Shown here: piece by piece, positions 37,217 to 48,975 of the stretch
Position numbering within the stretch: position 1 is the stretch's first letter
How the letters are laid out: each line of letters begins with the position of its first letter
Assembly: GCA_038087875.1 (NCBI GenBank)
Contig: CM075998.1
Span: 2,792,001 to 2,852,000 of the forward strand
DNA length: 60,000 nucleotides
Direction: 5' to 3'
From: Malacoraja senta
Taxonomy: Eukaryota
Program-made: the position numbers and the translations under genes
Notes under the pieces: generated by a model
Told to the model about the DNA's origin: nothing
The model's database searches: none
Seen by the model: only the letters and a program-made list of their open reading frames with translations

Positions 37217-39094
37217 CTGTAACAAAACAAAAGAACAGTCAAAATGGAAAGCAGACTAAGACTGTTGACGGCATATTATTAAAATTAGTAACCTTCATGT
37301 GCATGATTCCCTGCGGCAACTCGGAGAGTGCCATTAATGAAGGCAAATGGCCAAACACTAGTTTGTTTGCATCACATGTTTTAATTGAAGCAATCCATGA
37401 TGCAGTTGACTCTGCCAGTCTGTACACCACCTCAAGCCTGTCTTCAGTCCTGAATGAAGCATCTTTGTACAGCATGGGTACAATCACCTCTTACACTTTG
37501 TTAAGCACCTACAAGCAGTCTACCTCTTACTGAAAACACAGGTCTTATTCTGGATTTTAGGGATCTTCACTGTGAAAAATTGAAAGGGAAAGTCCATCCA
37601 CATTGCTACGTCATTAGCAAAGTCACTGGAATAATGTGATGTTGTGGGAAAGCAACAGTTAGTGTAAAATTCTACCACGACAAAATGTTAAGCTTCTAAT
37701 GCTTATCATAAAGAGTTACAGTAGGTTGCTGTGGTGAGATTCAAACTTTAATGATTCAAAAGGCTTGCCTACCTGGACCTCTTTTAAATCATCAGATCCA
37801 CATTTCCATGTTCGTATTGTATGCTCAGGGGATAGTTCATTACAACCAAGCAGACACTGACAGTGGCTCCTTGTTCATCTTGCTTTCAAAATGGACCTAA
37901 TGAGTACTAAACTTGTGAGAGTGCTCTTTAAAGGGTCGTTTTTACAGCCCGTAAGCTCCACGCCGGTCTGCCATTGGGCACATGCCTCTCGCTCCAGCAA
38001 AATGAGCTGCCATAGTTCAGGTGCGATGTTAACATCCAGCACCTCAGTGAAATTCTTCCATTCATACCACAGACTGCAGCTGGGATGCGGAAGATCAGTC
38101 ATCTCTGATCTAACTGGCAGAGACAGGATAGGGAGTCAGAACCTGTCTCCCAGGAGATGGGCATAGCTCTAAAGTGAGTGGAGCAAAGTTTGAAAAGAGA
38201 TGTGCAGGGTAAGTATTTATTACACAGAGAGTGGCGAGTGCCTGGATGGCACTGCCAGGGGTGGTGGTGGAGGTAGATACAATAGTGGTGTTTAAGAGGC
38301 ATTAAGATGGCCACATGGATATAGTACAGTGCAGGAACAGGCCCTGTCGCCCACAACGTTCGCACTGAACAGAAGTTAAACTAATCCCTTCTGCCTGCAG
38401 GTGATCCACACCCTTCCATTCCCTGCATATCCATGTGGGTACGGATAAAAGCTTCTTAAACGCCACTATTGTATCTGCCTCCACCACCACCCCTGGCAGT
38501 GCCTTCCTGCCACCCACCCCCTCACCTTAAACCCCACCGTTGTACTTCCTGAACTGCCTGGGAAGTGAAATGAAAGTTTAGCATTACTCTCTCTAGCTTG
38601 TTTATCATCCATTCAATGACACTGAAGCCATTGTTGGTTTGTCATTGCCTTCTGACCGTTTAAATACGCTGGGTGTGTCTGGTGGCTCCTGGCGATTGCC
38701 AGGAAAAGTTACCTACTACCTTGCACCTCGATATCCAAACGGGGGCACGAACATCATCACCTGTGGCTGGCATCTTTCCTACTGACGTTTTGTCATGTTT
38801 GCTGTGCCGAGGGAGTTATATCTGACCACTGAATAATAAATGTTACAGCTAACATTGGAGGTAAAACTAACTTGGACGGGAGCCATTCACCAAATAGGGC
38901 TCCCCAGCAATACAGGCCAGGGTCAACAGCTGTGCGGACTATTGATCATCAACTCACATCACATTTACTAAATAACCTATTATTTTTAGCGTGCCTTTTC
39001 TTGCACTATTAATTATATTTTTAAACATTACCATGGCAATCGTTCTTCAGAATTACTTTTCAAAAAGCTATGGTATAACATCAATGAGACTCAC

Positions 39095-39176
39095 CCACAA
39101 AGCCCTGTGTTTTGCTGTCCCAGAGTGGAGCAGCACGGACTCCGTTTGACACCAGAGCAAAGAAAGCCTTCTTCAC
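39095..39176 (-). CDS. PRKAG1: AMPK gamma-1 exon 4 ([28 protein letters not shown])
   Basis: CBS1 motif. Acceptor tcag, donor gtgagt, 82 nt. Confidence 0.97.
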
Positions 39177-39374
39177 CTGAAGAAGATTAGAAGAGGCAAG
39201 GATCACACATGCGGATACCCACAAAGATCAATCGTCGAAAATCCAATACTCTCCCATGGGAAGACAAGACAACCTGGATAACTAAAAATGACAGGCGCAT
39301 GGACAATTTTAAATTTGGCCATAAATAGTCAACGTTTTTTTGTCTTACTATCCCAAGATGGGGCAATGAGTAGT

Positions 39375-40025
39375 CAAATTAGGGTCCCGCATGGTAGACT
39401 GGTCGAGAAGATTACGGCACAAGGGATCTGAGGCGAGTTGACAAACTGGATCCAGGAATAGTTGGTTGTTAGGAAGCAGAGGGCATTGACGGATGAATGT
39501 TTTGCTGACTGGAAGCCTGTAACAAATGATTTACCACAGGGATCAGTGCTGTGTCCTTTGCTGTTTGTCATAGTTGACTCGGATGAGTATGTCGGGGGTA
39601 TGATTAATGCATTTGAAGACAGGACAATGGTGATGGTTATTTAAAGATACACTGGGATAAAGATTAGTTGGAAAGTTGGGCAGAGCAGTGGCAGATGGAA
39701 TTTAATTCCGACAAGTATGAGGTAATGCATTTTAGGAAGTCAAATTCTGATAGGACAGAGAATAAATATCATAGACCTTAGGTGCATTGGTGTACAGAGA
39801 AACGTTGGGGTGCAAGTCTATCTGCCACAGAAGGCTGTAGAGGCCAAGTCAATGGATATTTCTAAAGCAGAGATTGATAGATTCTTGATTGGTACAAGTG
39901 TGAAGGGACAAGGGAACAAGGCAGGAGAATCGGGTTGAGAGGGAAAGATAGATCAGCCATGATTGAATGTCAGAGTAGACTTAATGAGCCGAATAGCCTA
40001 TTTCAGCTCCTATCACTTATGAACT
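39375..40025 (+). mobile_element. CR1 reverse transcriptase remnant plus a LINE 3' end
   Basis: Degenerate VPH...RKQR...WKPVTNDLPQGSVL motif and WQMEFN..K motif. Confidence 0.8.
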
Positions 40026-40296
40026 TCTAGCTCCCCAAAAGATGGGTTGGGAGGTGAAGCAGACATTTGCTATGGCTGCCTTCATAGACTGAGGCATTGA
40101 GAGTAATAGTTGAAGCGTTCTGCTGTAGGTGTGATCGAACCAATGTTTACGACTTGATCTCTGGTCGCCACACGACAGGAAGGATGTGGTAGCAATAGAG
40201 GCCTGTTTTTGTGCTGCACAACTCTGTGACTAGATGAGTGGAAATTTAGTAGACGGTGTTTTGGGTTCAAGATGTAACAGTCAATTCTAGAAGCTG

Positions 40297-40642
40297 TTTA
40301 AGAAGGAACTGCAGATGCTGGAAAATCGAAGGTAGACAAAAACGCTGGAGAAACTCAGCAGGTGCAGCAGCATCTATGGAGCGAAGGAAATAGGCAACGT
40401 TTCGGGCCGAAACCCTTCTTCAGACTGATGTAGGGTGGGGGAGGGGGGGACGGGGAGAAGAAAGGAAAAAGGAAGAGGAGGAGCCCGAGGGCTGAGAAGG
40501 GGAGGAGACAGCAAGGACTACCGGAAATTGGTGAATTCAATGTTTATGCCGCTAGGGTGCAGACTGCCCAAGCGGAATATGAGGTGGTGCTCACTCTGGC
40601 CATGGAGGAGGCCCAGGACAGAGAGGTCGGATTCGGAATGGG
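40297..40642 (-). mobile_element. 5'-truncated Penelope-like retroelement (GIY-YIG C-terminus plus terminal repeat)
   Basis: Minus translation HSESDLSVLGLLHGQSEHHLIFRLGSLHPSGINIEFTNFR* (stop at 40518). TSD TTCTAGAAG(C/T)TG at 40285-40296 and 40643-40654. Confidence 0.88.
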
Positions 40643-41477
40643 TTCTAGAAGTTGCTCAAGCCACTGTTGTAATGTACACGAGTGTAATTTGTACAAAGTA
40701 GCGTTGTACTATGTTTTTGCTGACGTTTGCCTCAAGCGTGCCTGCTGGGGAAAATGGAAAAGCTGGATTCATGCAATTTGATAGGGTGCTCCAAAACTAG
40801 GTGTGTAGGAAAGAACTGCAGATGCTGGTTTAAATCGAAGGTAGACATAAAATGGTGGAGTAACTCAGGGGGACAGGCAGCATCTCTAGAGAACAGGAAT
40901 AGGTGACATTTCGGGTTGAGACCCGAAACGTCACCCATTCATTTTTCTCCAGAGATGCTGCCTGAGTTACTCCAGCATTTTGTGTCTACCTCCAAAACTA
41001 GGTGTCAGGTTAACATAGAGCCAGCTGTGATCTGCATTCAACCTGAATGCCCAATTTGGATGGTTTAACGCAAGCATGGAATTCAAAGGCAGAGAAACCT
41101 TTTATTCATCGGACAGATTGTAAACTCAATCCAGGTGAAAAAATTACAAGGTGCTTTCATTAGCCTCTCTCATTGAATGTCTGATGCGAATAAGATTAGC
41201 GCCATTGGAAGTGTCTTGCATGACAGATATGCCCACATTTTCTGTGGAACCTACAAATGAAAGATGGAAACGTTATGAATCAGATGCTCTTAGACAAATC
41301 CGAAAAGTGACCACCTAACCTAGATAATCATGACATTCATATTCCAGCAGTTAAATCAAAGTATGCAGTTATACTTCACTTGCTTAAGATGCAATGTGGG
41401 CTCCCACTGGTGTTTCAGGTCTCTGCTTGGATACCTTGGGTGAACAGAGTTGAGGTGAATTCAGCAGTGGTGACAAT

Positions 41478-42172
41478 GTATGGAGGACCCGACCTTTCTC
41501 TGTCGGGTCTCCGTTGTCGTTGGGGCCTAGCACCGTGGAGAGGCCTCCAACCGGAACGACCTGGGGCTCCAGTCGCGGAGCCTGCGGACTACTCACCATC
41601 GTGGAGCTGGCCGAGTTCGGAGCGTGGAGAGCTGCGGTGACGCGCGGCTGTGACCCGACCCCGGAGATTCGGAGGCTCCAGCCGCAGGTCTGGTGGACGG
41701 TAACATCGGGAGCTCGCGGGTCCCTGGTGGGTGACCGCTTTTCGGGGCTCCCGCAACGGCAACTTCTCCCGCCCGAGTTGTGGGGTTGAAGATGACGTGG
41801 AGCTGGGTCTAACATCGCCCCGCGCGGCTTTAATGGCCACAGGGGACTTGATAGCGCTACCGGGGGCTCCAACATCCAGGCCCCCCGGTGGGCGGCCTTG
41901 CATCGCCCGGCGCGGCTTTAATGGCCGCGGGACTTATTTTCCATCGCCCGCCGGGGGCTCTGACTCTGACATCGGGAGGAGAATGGGGAGTGCAGGGGAG
42001 AGATAAGACTTTGCCTTCCATCACAGCGAGGAGGAGATTCGCTAAGATGGATGTTTGTGTAAATTGTGTTGTGTCTTGATTCTTTTTACTTGTTTGTATG
42101 ACTGCAGAAACCAAATTTCGTTTGAACCTCATTTGAGGTTCAAATGACAATAAATGGTATTGTATTGTATTG
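41478..42172 (+). mobile_element. GC-rich non-autonomous retroposon with internal repeats, 3' hairpin, AATAAA and (TATTG)n tail
   Basis: Shares the ttgccttccatcaca block and 3' organisation with 32465-32700 (+) and 53770-54460 (-). Confidence 0.7.
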
Positions 42173-45100
42173 TATGCACCTTCCAATAGGGCCCAACATT
42201 CCCAACAAGCCATAGGATGTGGGGAATAGGAAGGAAAGCCATGCAGAGCACCCACCTCTTTGTTGAACGGTGACCTTTGCCTGAAGTACATTTATTTAGA
42301 TGCTCCATAAGAACAAGATGGTGCTCAAGTGCAAAGCCCCAGTCGACAGCAAGCTAATATTCACTGTCTAGCTTCACAAAGGTGGCCTATTTGGTTGTCA
42401 TTCAGGACTGGAAACATCCATTGGTCAAACCCAATCAAACCTTAAGAACCTGGGCATTCATCTGAGAAGCTCTAGATACTATTTAGTAAGGCAAGTACAT
42501 AGGATGGAGCTTCGAACCAAATGTTCTTTATTGATGCATTTCATACAAGATCCAACTTCCAGCACTGGCAATATTTCAGGTCAAAATACACAGAGCACAT
42601 ATTTATTTTAAAAAGTTATCTCCATACTGCAATGGGATTTAGACATACATAAGTAGACATACAATGAACTAAGGGAAAATATATCTGAATCATTATTCCA
42701 AATCATTAATATGAACCATGAGGGGAATAGCTAATCCATTTGGATGAGATCTAATTACTTCCTACACATTCCTTCAGAAGACAAATTAATATTCAACCAA
42801 AGTTGACCAACCAGTTGGAGAAATTTTACAAAAACACTATCTACTCTTAAGAATAGAAATGAAGATCAAGAGGGTGATCAACTGATTTTCTCTGATGAAT
42901 ACTAACATTGAGCAGTTGAGCCAAGGAAAGGCCAACAAGACAATTATTGTCAAACTTTTCATTCTCAAACTCCTGTTGTACTTGCTCTGTGTAATCCCAA
43001 CACAAGATCAGCATCAAACTTTAAAGGATTTTACATTTTTAGGGGGGAAAATTAGTATACGAAAGTAAGGTAACATGGAAATTGCTTCCTATCACCTGTT
43101 CAGTGCCACCCCCCCCCGAGAAAACTCAGGTCATGGCGAATAGTGGGGAAAAAACTTGGCATTGAACAGGTTAAAGGTCATGTTGAAACACTCCCACAAT
43201 ATTTCTTGACTGCGATTTTATGTTCTTCAGATCTTCCTAAACCAGTTGAGCAGTCAGTCAATTTACTCACTCCCAACGTTACATTTGCCTACCGAGAGAA
43301 TGGTGCCACCCAGGACAAATGGTCCTTCAAATTATTTCCCAGTTTATAGAGGGAGCAGAGGAGATTTCCCAGGATGCTGCCCAGATTAGAGGGTATTAGC
43401 TATGAGGAGAGGTTGGATACATTTGGATTGTTTTTTTCCCCTGGAGCTTCAGAAGCTGAGGGAGTGGAAATGTCAATGATTAGAGGGCATAGCTTTAAGA
43501 TGAGAGGGGCAAAGTTTAAAGGAGATATGCAGGGTAAGTTTTTTATTACAAAGAGCGTAGTGGTGCCTGGAATGCACTGCCAGGGGTAGTGGGGGAGGCA
43601 AATATGATAGTGGCATTTAAGAGGCTTTTGGATATGCAGGGAAAGGAGGGATATGGATCACGTGCAGGCAGAGATTAGTTTAACTTGGCATCATGTCGTC
43701 GGGATATTGTGGGCCCAAGGTCCTGTTCCTGTGGCGCCCTGTTCTATGTATACCTGGGGGGTGGTTAGTAACACCTCTAATATACTGGGTAACTTTGAAG
43801 GATATTTGGAGGGAGCATTCAAGGTTTTAAATATCAAGTAACAAGAGTCCAGTCTTATGTCCCAATTTGGCTCAGTGGACAGTGCTCTCAGCTTTCAGTC
43901 TGCAGGTTTAGTTCCAGAACTTGAATGCACAACCTGGGCACAGAACATCCAATCTACAACCAGAAGGTCACATGCAGTTCCTAAACTCTCAGGACATCTG
44001 GCCAAGTTTGATTGGTATCAGCAGCTTGAAGCGTATAAAGTAAATCTTCTGAATAGTATATGCGGCCCAGGAACATTACGCTGTGCACTTGTGCTGCTCG
44101 AAAGGTTTAGTCAGCACAAATGTAGGCCGACACTCCAGTGAAGTGTGGAGAGAGAGTGCTGTACCGTTACGATGTTGTGCGATGGATAATAATGTTAAGA
44201 ACAAGGCCTGTCCGTTTGGGATCATGTAGGCGCTGGGTATCGTTTGATACTATTTAAAAAGGGGGCTCTCTTGTTACCGTGCTAAAAATTCTGTTCTTAA
44301 ACGACCATTAGCAGAAACTCTGTATTGCTGGCCAAGCGAACACTTTTACACAAAGCAACCTAGGAAATGGGTTTCATCTATTTTTCGAGGGCTATGACAT
44401 CATTGCCTTCATCGGCAACACCTGTTTCGACACCGCAAAAAAAGCTGAATAAAACGTTCCAAAACGCTGTTTGAAACAGCGCTGGGGTGGCTTGCGACAA
44501 GAAATGTGTCAAAACAGTATCCGTGCCGTTGCCGACAACGTCACACTCGATTTAGCGCAGCTGCAGACACTTTGCGAAGCAGCAATCAGAGAAGGCATCG
44601 GCTTTGCAAGGCACACTTCCCACAGCACCAACAGGACTCGGAGGCTGCAGGGGAGAGATAAACGGCTGCCACGTTCAAAGGGCTGTGCAAATCCTGGGCA
44701 GCAGTGTATGCACCAGGCCGAGGGTCCTGTAGGACATCAGAAGAGGAAAGATGGCTACAATTGCCTCCTGCAGATGTGGGAATCCCCGCTCAACAGAGCC
44801 ATAAAATAATAAATGTCAGATCTGCACAAAAATAAAGTCAGAGTGATCTGCCGACCACTGAACTTAGCAGAGCAACCTTTCAGTAACTGGATCATTCCTC
44901 AAAGTCTTCTAATCAGAGCAGATGAACTTGCAAAAGCAGCACGTGAGGAATGAAGTGCCATCTGGGTGACGATGTCCTATATTTTTAGCAACTGGTGGGA
45001 GTATGGGGCGATTCCTTGGGTTTGCTTTAGGGATTAGGATTTTACAGGCTGATTATATGAAGTGCCCGAGTGGTCAGTTATTGCCACAATGATCCTCTGA

Positions 45101-45278
45101 TGATGGAGCACTGTCAGCAACATCACTAATGAGGTCCTCGCGGAGTGAGAATCTCAGCAGCTAAATGCTGGGTAAAACAGTTGCAATAAACGCTGTGCAC
45201 TTTGAGCAGCTGGCAGTCAGTTCTGAACCTATTTGGTCAGGTCTCATGATGACAGCATTGTCCTTCTCTAGATGGTAA

Positions 45279-45669
45279 AGGGCCTATCCCACTTACGCGA
45301 CCTTTACAGGGAACTGCCGGCACCCGTGATAGGTCGCCGAAATTTTCAACATGTTGAAAATTCAGCGAAGACCAGAAAGATATTCAGCGGCGACCAGCTA
45401 CGACTCTTTGGAGACCTCTCACGACCATAGGAGACCTCTCACGACCATACAGGCGACCCCTGGCGACATGTCGCGGGTGACCTCTCACGACCATAGGAGA
45501 CCTCTCACGACCATACAGCCGTGAGCGATCTCCTATGGTCGTGAGAGGTCTCCAAAGAGTCGTAGCATCTTTCTGGTCGCCGCTGAATTTTCAACATGTT
45601 GAAAATTTCGGTGACCGATCACGGGTGCTGGCAGTTGCCTGTAAAGGTCGCGTAAGTGGGACAGGCCCT
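45279..45669. mobile_element. PIF/Harbinger-type MITE with TAA TSD
   Basis: AGGGCCT(A/G)TCCCACTTACGCGACC TIRs, TAA at 45276-45278 and 45670-45672, internal gagacctctcacgaccata repeats. Confidence 0.9.
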
Positions 45670-46247
45670 TAAGGGTAACAATTGAGCACAATGTGTTCCG
45701 CTGTCCACTGTCACAGATCCACAAAGGTTGCAAGTTACTCCTTTGGGCTCCGACATACGCCAGTAAAGGAGCAACTGAACATTGCGCAAACAGTGACGTC
45801 ATTATGGACACATCAGACAGCAGTAAAACAGCATATAATGCTGCCGCGCTCCAAACTTCCATCAACGTGCACACTTTATGCATTAATGGTTCTAATGCAT
45901 CTAACTTCTCAGCTCAAATTTTTTTCTGCTTCAAAACAAATAAAGTACTTTGAATTTTTCAAAAAATGGGAAAGAAATTACAGAAACCTTTAAAAAAGAC
46001 ACAAAGTGCTGGAGTAACTCAGCGGGTCAGGCAGCATCTCTGGAGAACATTTTGGGTCAGGACACTTCTTCAGACTGCTCTCCATAGATGCTGCCTGACT
46101 GGCTGAGTTACTCCAGCACTGTATCTTTTTTTTGATAAACCAGCATCTGCAGTTCCTTATGTCTACAGAACCCTCTATATCTTTTAAGTGTATAGGCACC
46201 AGCATTGGTTGGACAAGTAAAGTGCTAACTCCACCTCCTTACATTAC

Positions 46248-46354
46248 CTGCAGAGAAGTGTCAAATACCACAAGTTTGGAGCTGGTGGGAACAAGATCAT
46301 AGCATCTGTGTGACTTCATAAAGCGGGTGTAGACTTCATAGTTGGAGTCACTCA
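46248..46354 (-). CDS. PRKAG1: AMPK gamma-1 exon 3 ([35 protein letters not shown])
   Basis: Hand translation matches the AMPK gamma N-terminus and CBS1 start. Acceptor ttgcag, donor gtaatg, 107 nt. Confidence 0.96.
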
Positions 46355-47859
46355 CTGCAATTCAACAAAAAAAGTTAACAGGTCCAGATTCTTAAGGATA
46401 CAACATTTCTTTCAAGTGTGTTTCTTTTAGGACTGCCGAGAACAATAACCACTGGCACAGTGCAAACTACCAGAGACAGGCTTACTTTTATGCTTTAAAT
46501 TCATTCCTCTTGCAACATTTTAGATTATCTGCCATAGCTAATTGATTCCCTGGTCAAAGGTTACACAGATGATGTGTTTCCAGGTTTAAGCTAACGACAC
46601 ATGTTGCACTCCAGATCTCCATTGGAAAGTGTACAGGTATGAACGGTAAACATAATATAATTGGGTTGGGCTGTAATTTAACCCTTGGTCTCTTCAGAAC
46701 AATGGGATAAAAAATGAAAGAAAGTGCTTATGAAGGTAACTAATTGCACCATAGTTATTGTGGAAATATTTAAACTCTGGAGTGAGTCAGAAAGGATTTA
46801 TAAAACCAAACTGGAATCACTGCAATTCAGGGAGATGAAACACTACACTGGACCCTGATATCATTAGAAAATGTGTTTGAAGGCAGTGAAGTCAATCACT
46901 GTTATCACAGAAACAAATTGAATGGATTAATTTAAATCTCTCATTTTCTTATGATTGCTTGAATGATATATCTTCGTTCAGTGTGCATGATATTAAACGA
47001 TCACAACATTCAAATAATGTGCACAACCTGATATATTAACAAAACAAGATCCGATGAAAATTGTGGATCACCAACATTAGCTTAAGGGCTGGCTAAAACC
47101 AAATATTACAAAAAATAGCAATAGAATAAGGCAAGGGTGTAAAAGCAAGTGTTGACCACCCAAGTGATTTCTTCCCCCATCCCCAACCTCAGATTTATAA
47201 TGGGTGACTGCTACAATAAATGTTGAGATATCTCCATTCTTAAAATGACTACTCTTGCTTGGTGCAAAGGTATTCCATTGTAACTAACCAGGACACCGAT
47301 GAGAGTGTAGCAGTTACATCTTAGTTGTTACAAGTTCAACATGTCTTCCTTTCAATAATTTCCAATTCCAAATGTCATAAAGATTAAGACCCTGAAGGTT
47401 GTGATCAGGTCTATCCACCTCATCATACAGCAGAAGCTCACTAAGGACTGACCTGCCTCGAGAATGACTCCAGAGATTTTATCTTCATGACCTCAAGTGA
47501 AGCATATCCAGGTATTTTCACTTTGCCAGTGCCTTTCCTGGCATTAGTCTGAAATTTGTCTTTTACCAATTTGTACCAATCCTGCAGCCATCATTTAAAT
47601 TAACATATTGTGCTCAATTAACTTATTTTGGTCAACCGGGTTTCTAACTTTTGTGGAGTCTCTTGTCACTTTATTTGGAGTTTGAGGAGTGCACAATTTA
47701 TAACCTTTGCTCATAATTCAGCTCTAGCAACAGAAAACAGCCTTGGTGATTGTGGTACTCAAGGTAAAGCCTGGCCAGAGCAGTGCACCACCGAAGCAGA
47801 ATGGCCCCACATTTGCTCTCATCGATTTGCCAGATTAGCTCCGCTTCATTTGTTTATGC

Positions 47860-48975
47860 CTATCCCACTTCTTCTGGCAGCTCATTCCACGTATGCTCTG
47901 TGTGAAAATGGTGCCCTTCAAGTCCCTTTTAAATCTTTCCATCTCAACTTACCTATTTTTTTGACCTCCCTACCATGGGGAAAGACTCGATTGTCATGTA
48001 CCTCTGTCAGGCCACCCCTCAGCCTCCTACACTCCAAGGGAAAAAAAGCCGCACCAACCCAGCCATTCCTTAGAGATCAACCCCTCCAGATTTGGTAACA
48101 TCCTCAAATCTTTTTTACACCCTTTTCAGTTCATTGACATTCTTACTATAGCAGAGTGACCAGAACTGTACACAGTACTCCAAATGTGGCCTTACCAATG
48201 TCTTGCATAACTGTAACATCACATCCCAATTCCTGTACTCAATACTCTGACGGATGAAAGTGTGCCAAACACCTTCTTCACTCCCGTCTAACTGTGGCGT
48301 CATCTTCATGGAACTATATACCTGTACCTCTACGTTTTCTGTTCAGCAATACACCCCAGGACTGTCACATTTACTGTGCAAGTCTTGTCCTAGTTTGTCT
48401 TACCAAAATGCAACACGTAGCATTTATCTGAATTAAACTCCATCTGCCATTCCTCGGCCCGTAGGCCCAGTTGATCTAGTTCCCACTGTACTCGTAGATA
48501 ATCTTCTTCACTGTCCACTATACTGCCAATTCTAACGTCATCCGCAAGCTTACCAACCATGCCACCTACAACCACATCCAAGTCGTTAATATACATAAAG
48601 AACGACCGGGGACCCAACACCGACCCCTGCGGCACACCACTTGATACAGGTCTCCAGTCTGGAAAACAACCCTCCAGCAGCATCTTTTCTCCTAGTTTTA
48701 AACCAATTTTGTATCCAGTTGGCTAGCTTGCCCTAATCCTTTGCGATGTAACCTTCCAGACCAGCATACCATGCAATACCTTGTCAAAAGCCTTGCTAAT
48801 GTCCATGCAGACAACGCCTGCCACACTGCGCTCATTCATCTTTTTGGTCACCTCTTCAAAAAAAAACATCAAATTGGCGAGACGCGATTTCCCCCGTACA
48901 AAGCCATGATGACTATCCCCAATTAGTCCTTTTCCTTTCCAAACGCAGTGAAATCCTATCTCACAGAATCCATCA
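47860..48975 (-). mobile_element. Degenerate CR1 LINE ORF2 (RT domain) fragment
   Basis: ORF 48390..48683 (SGVPQGSVLGP..YINDLD..KLADD..WQMEFN) and ORF 48115..48309 (LVRPHLEYCVQFWS). Confidence 0.9.
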
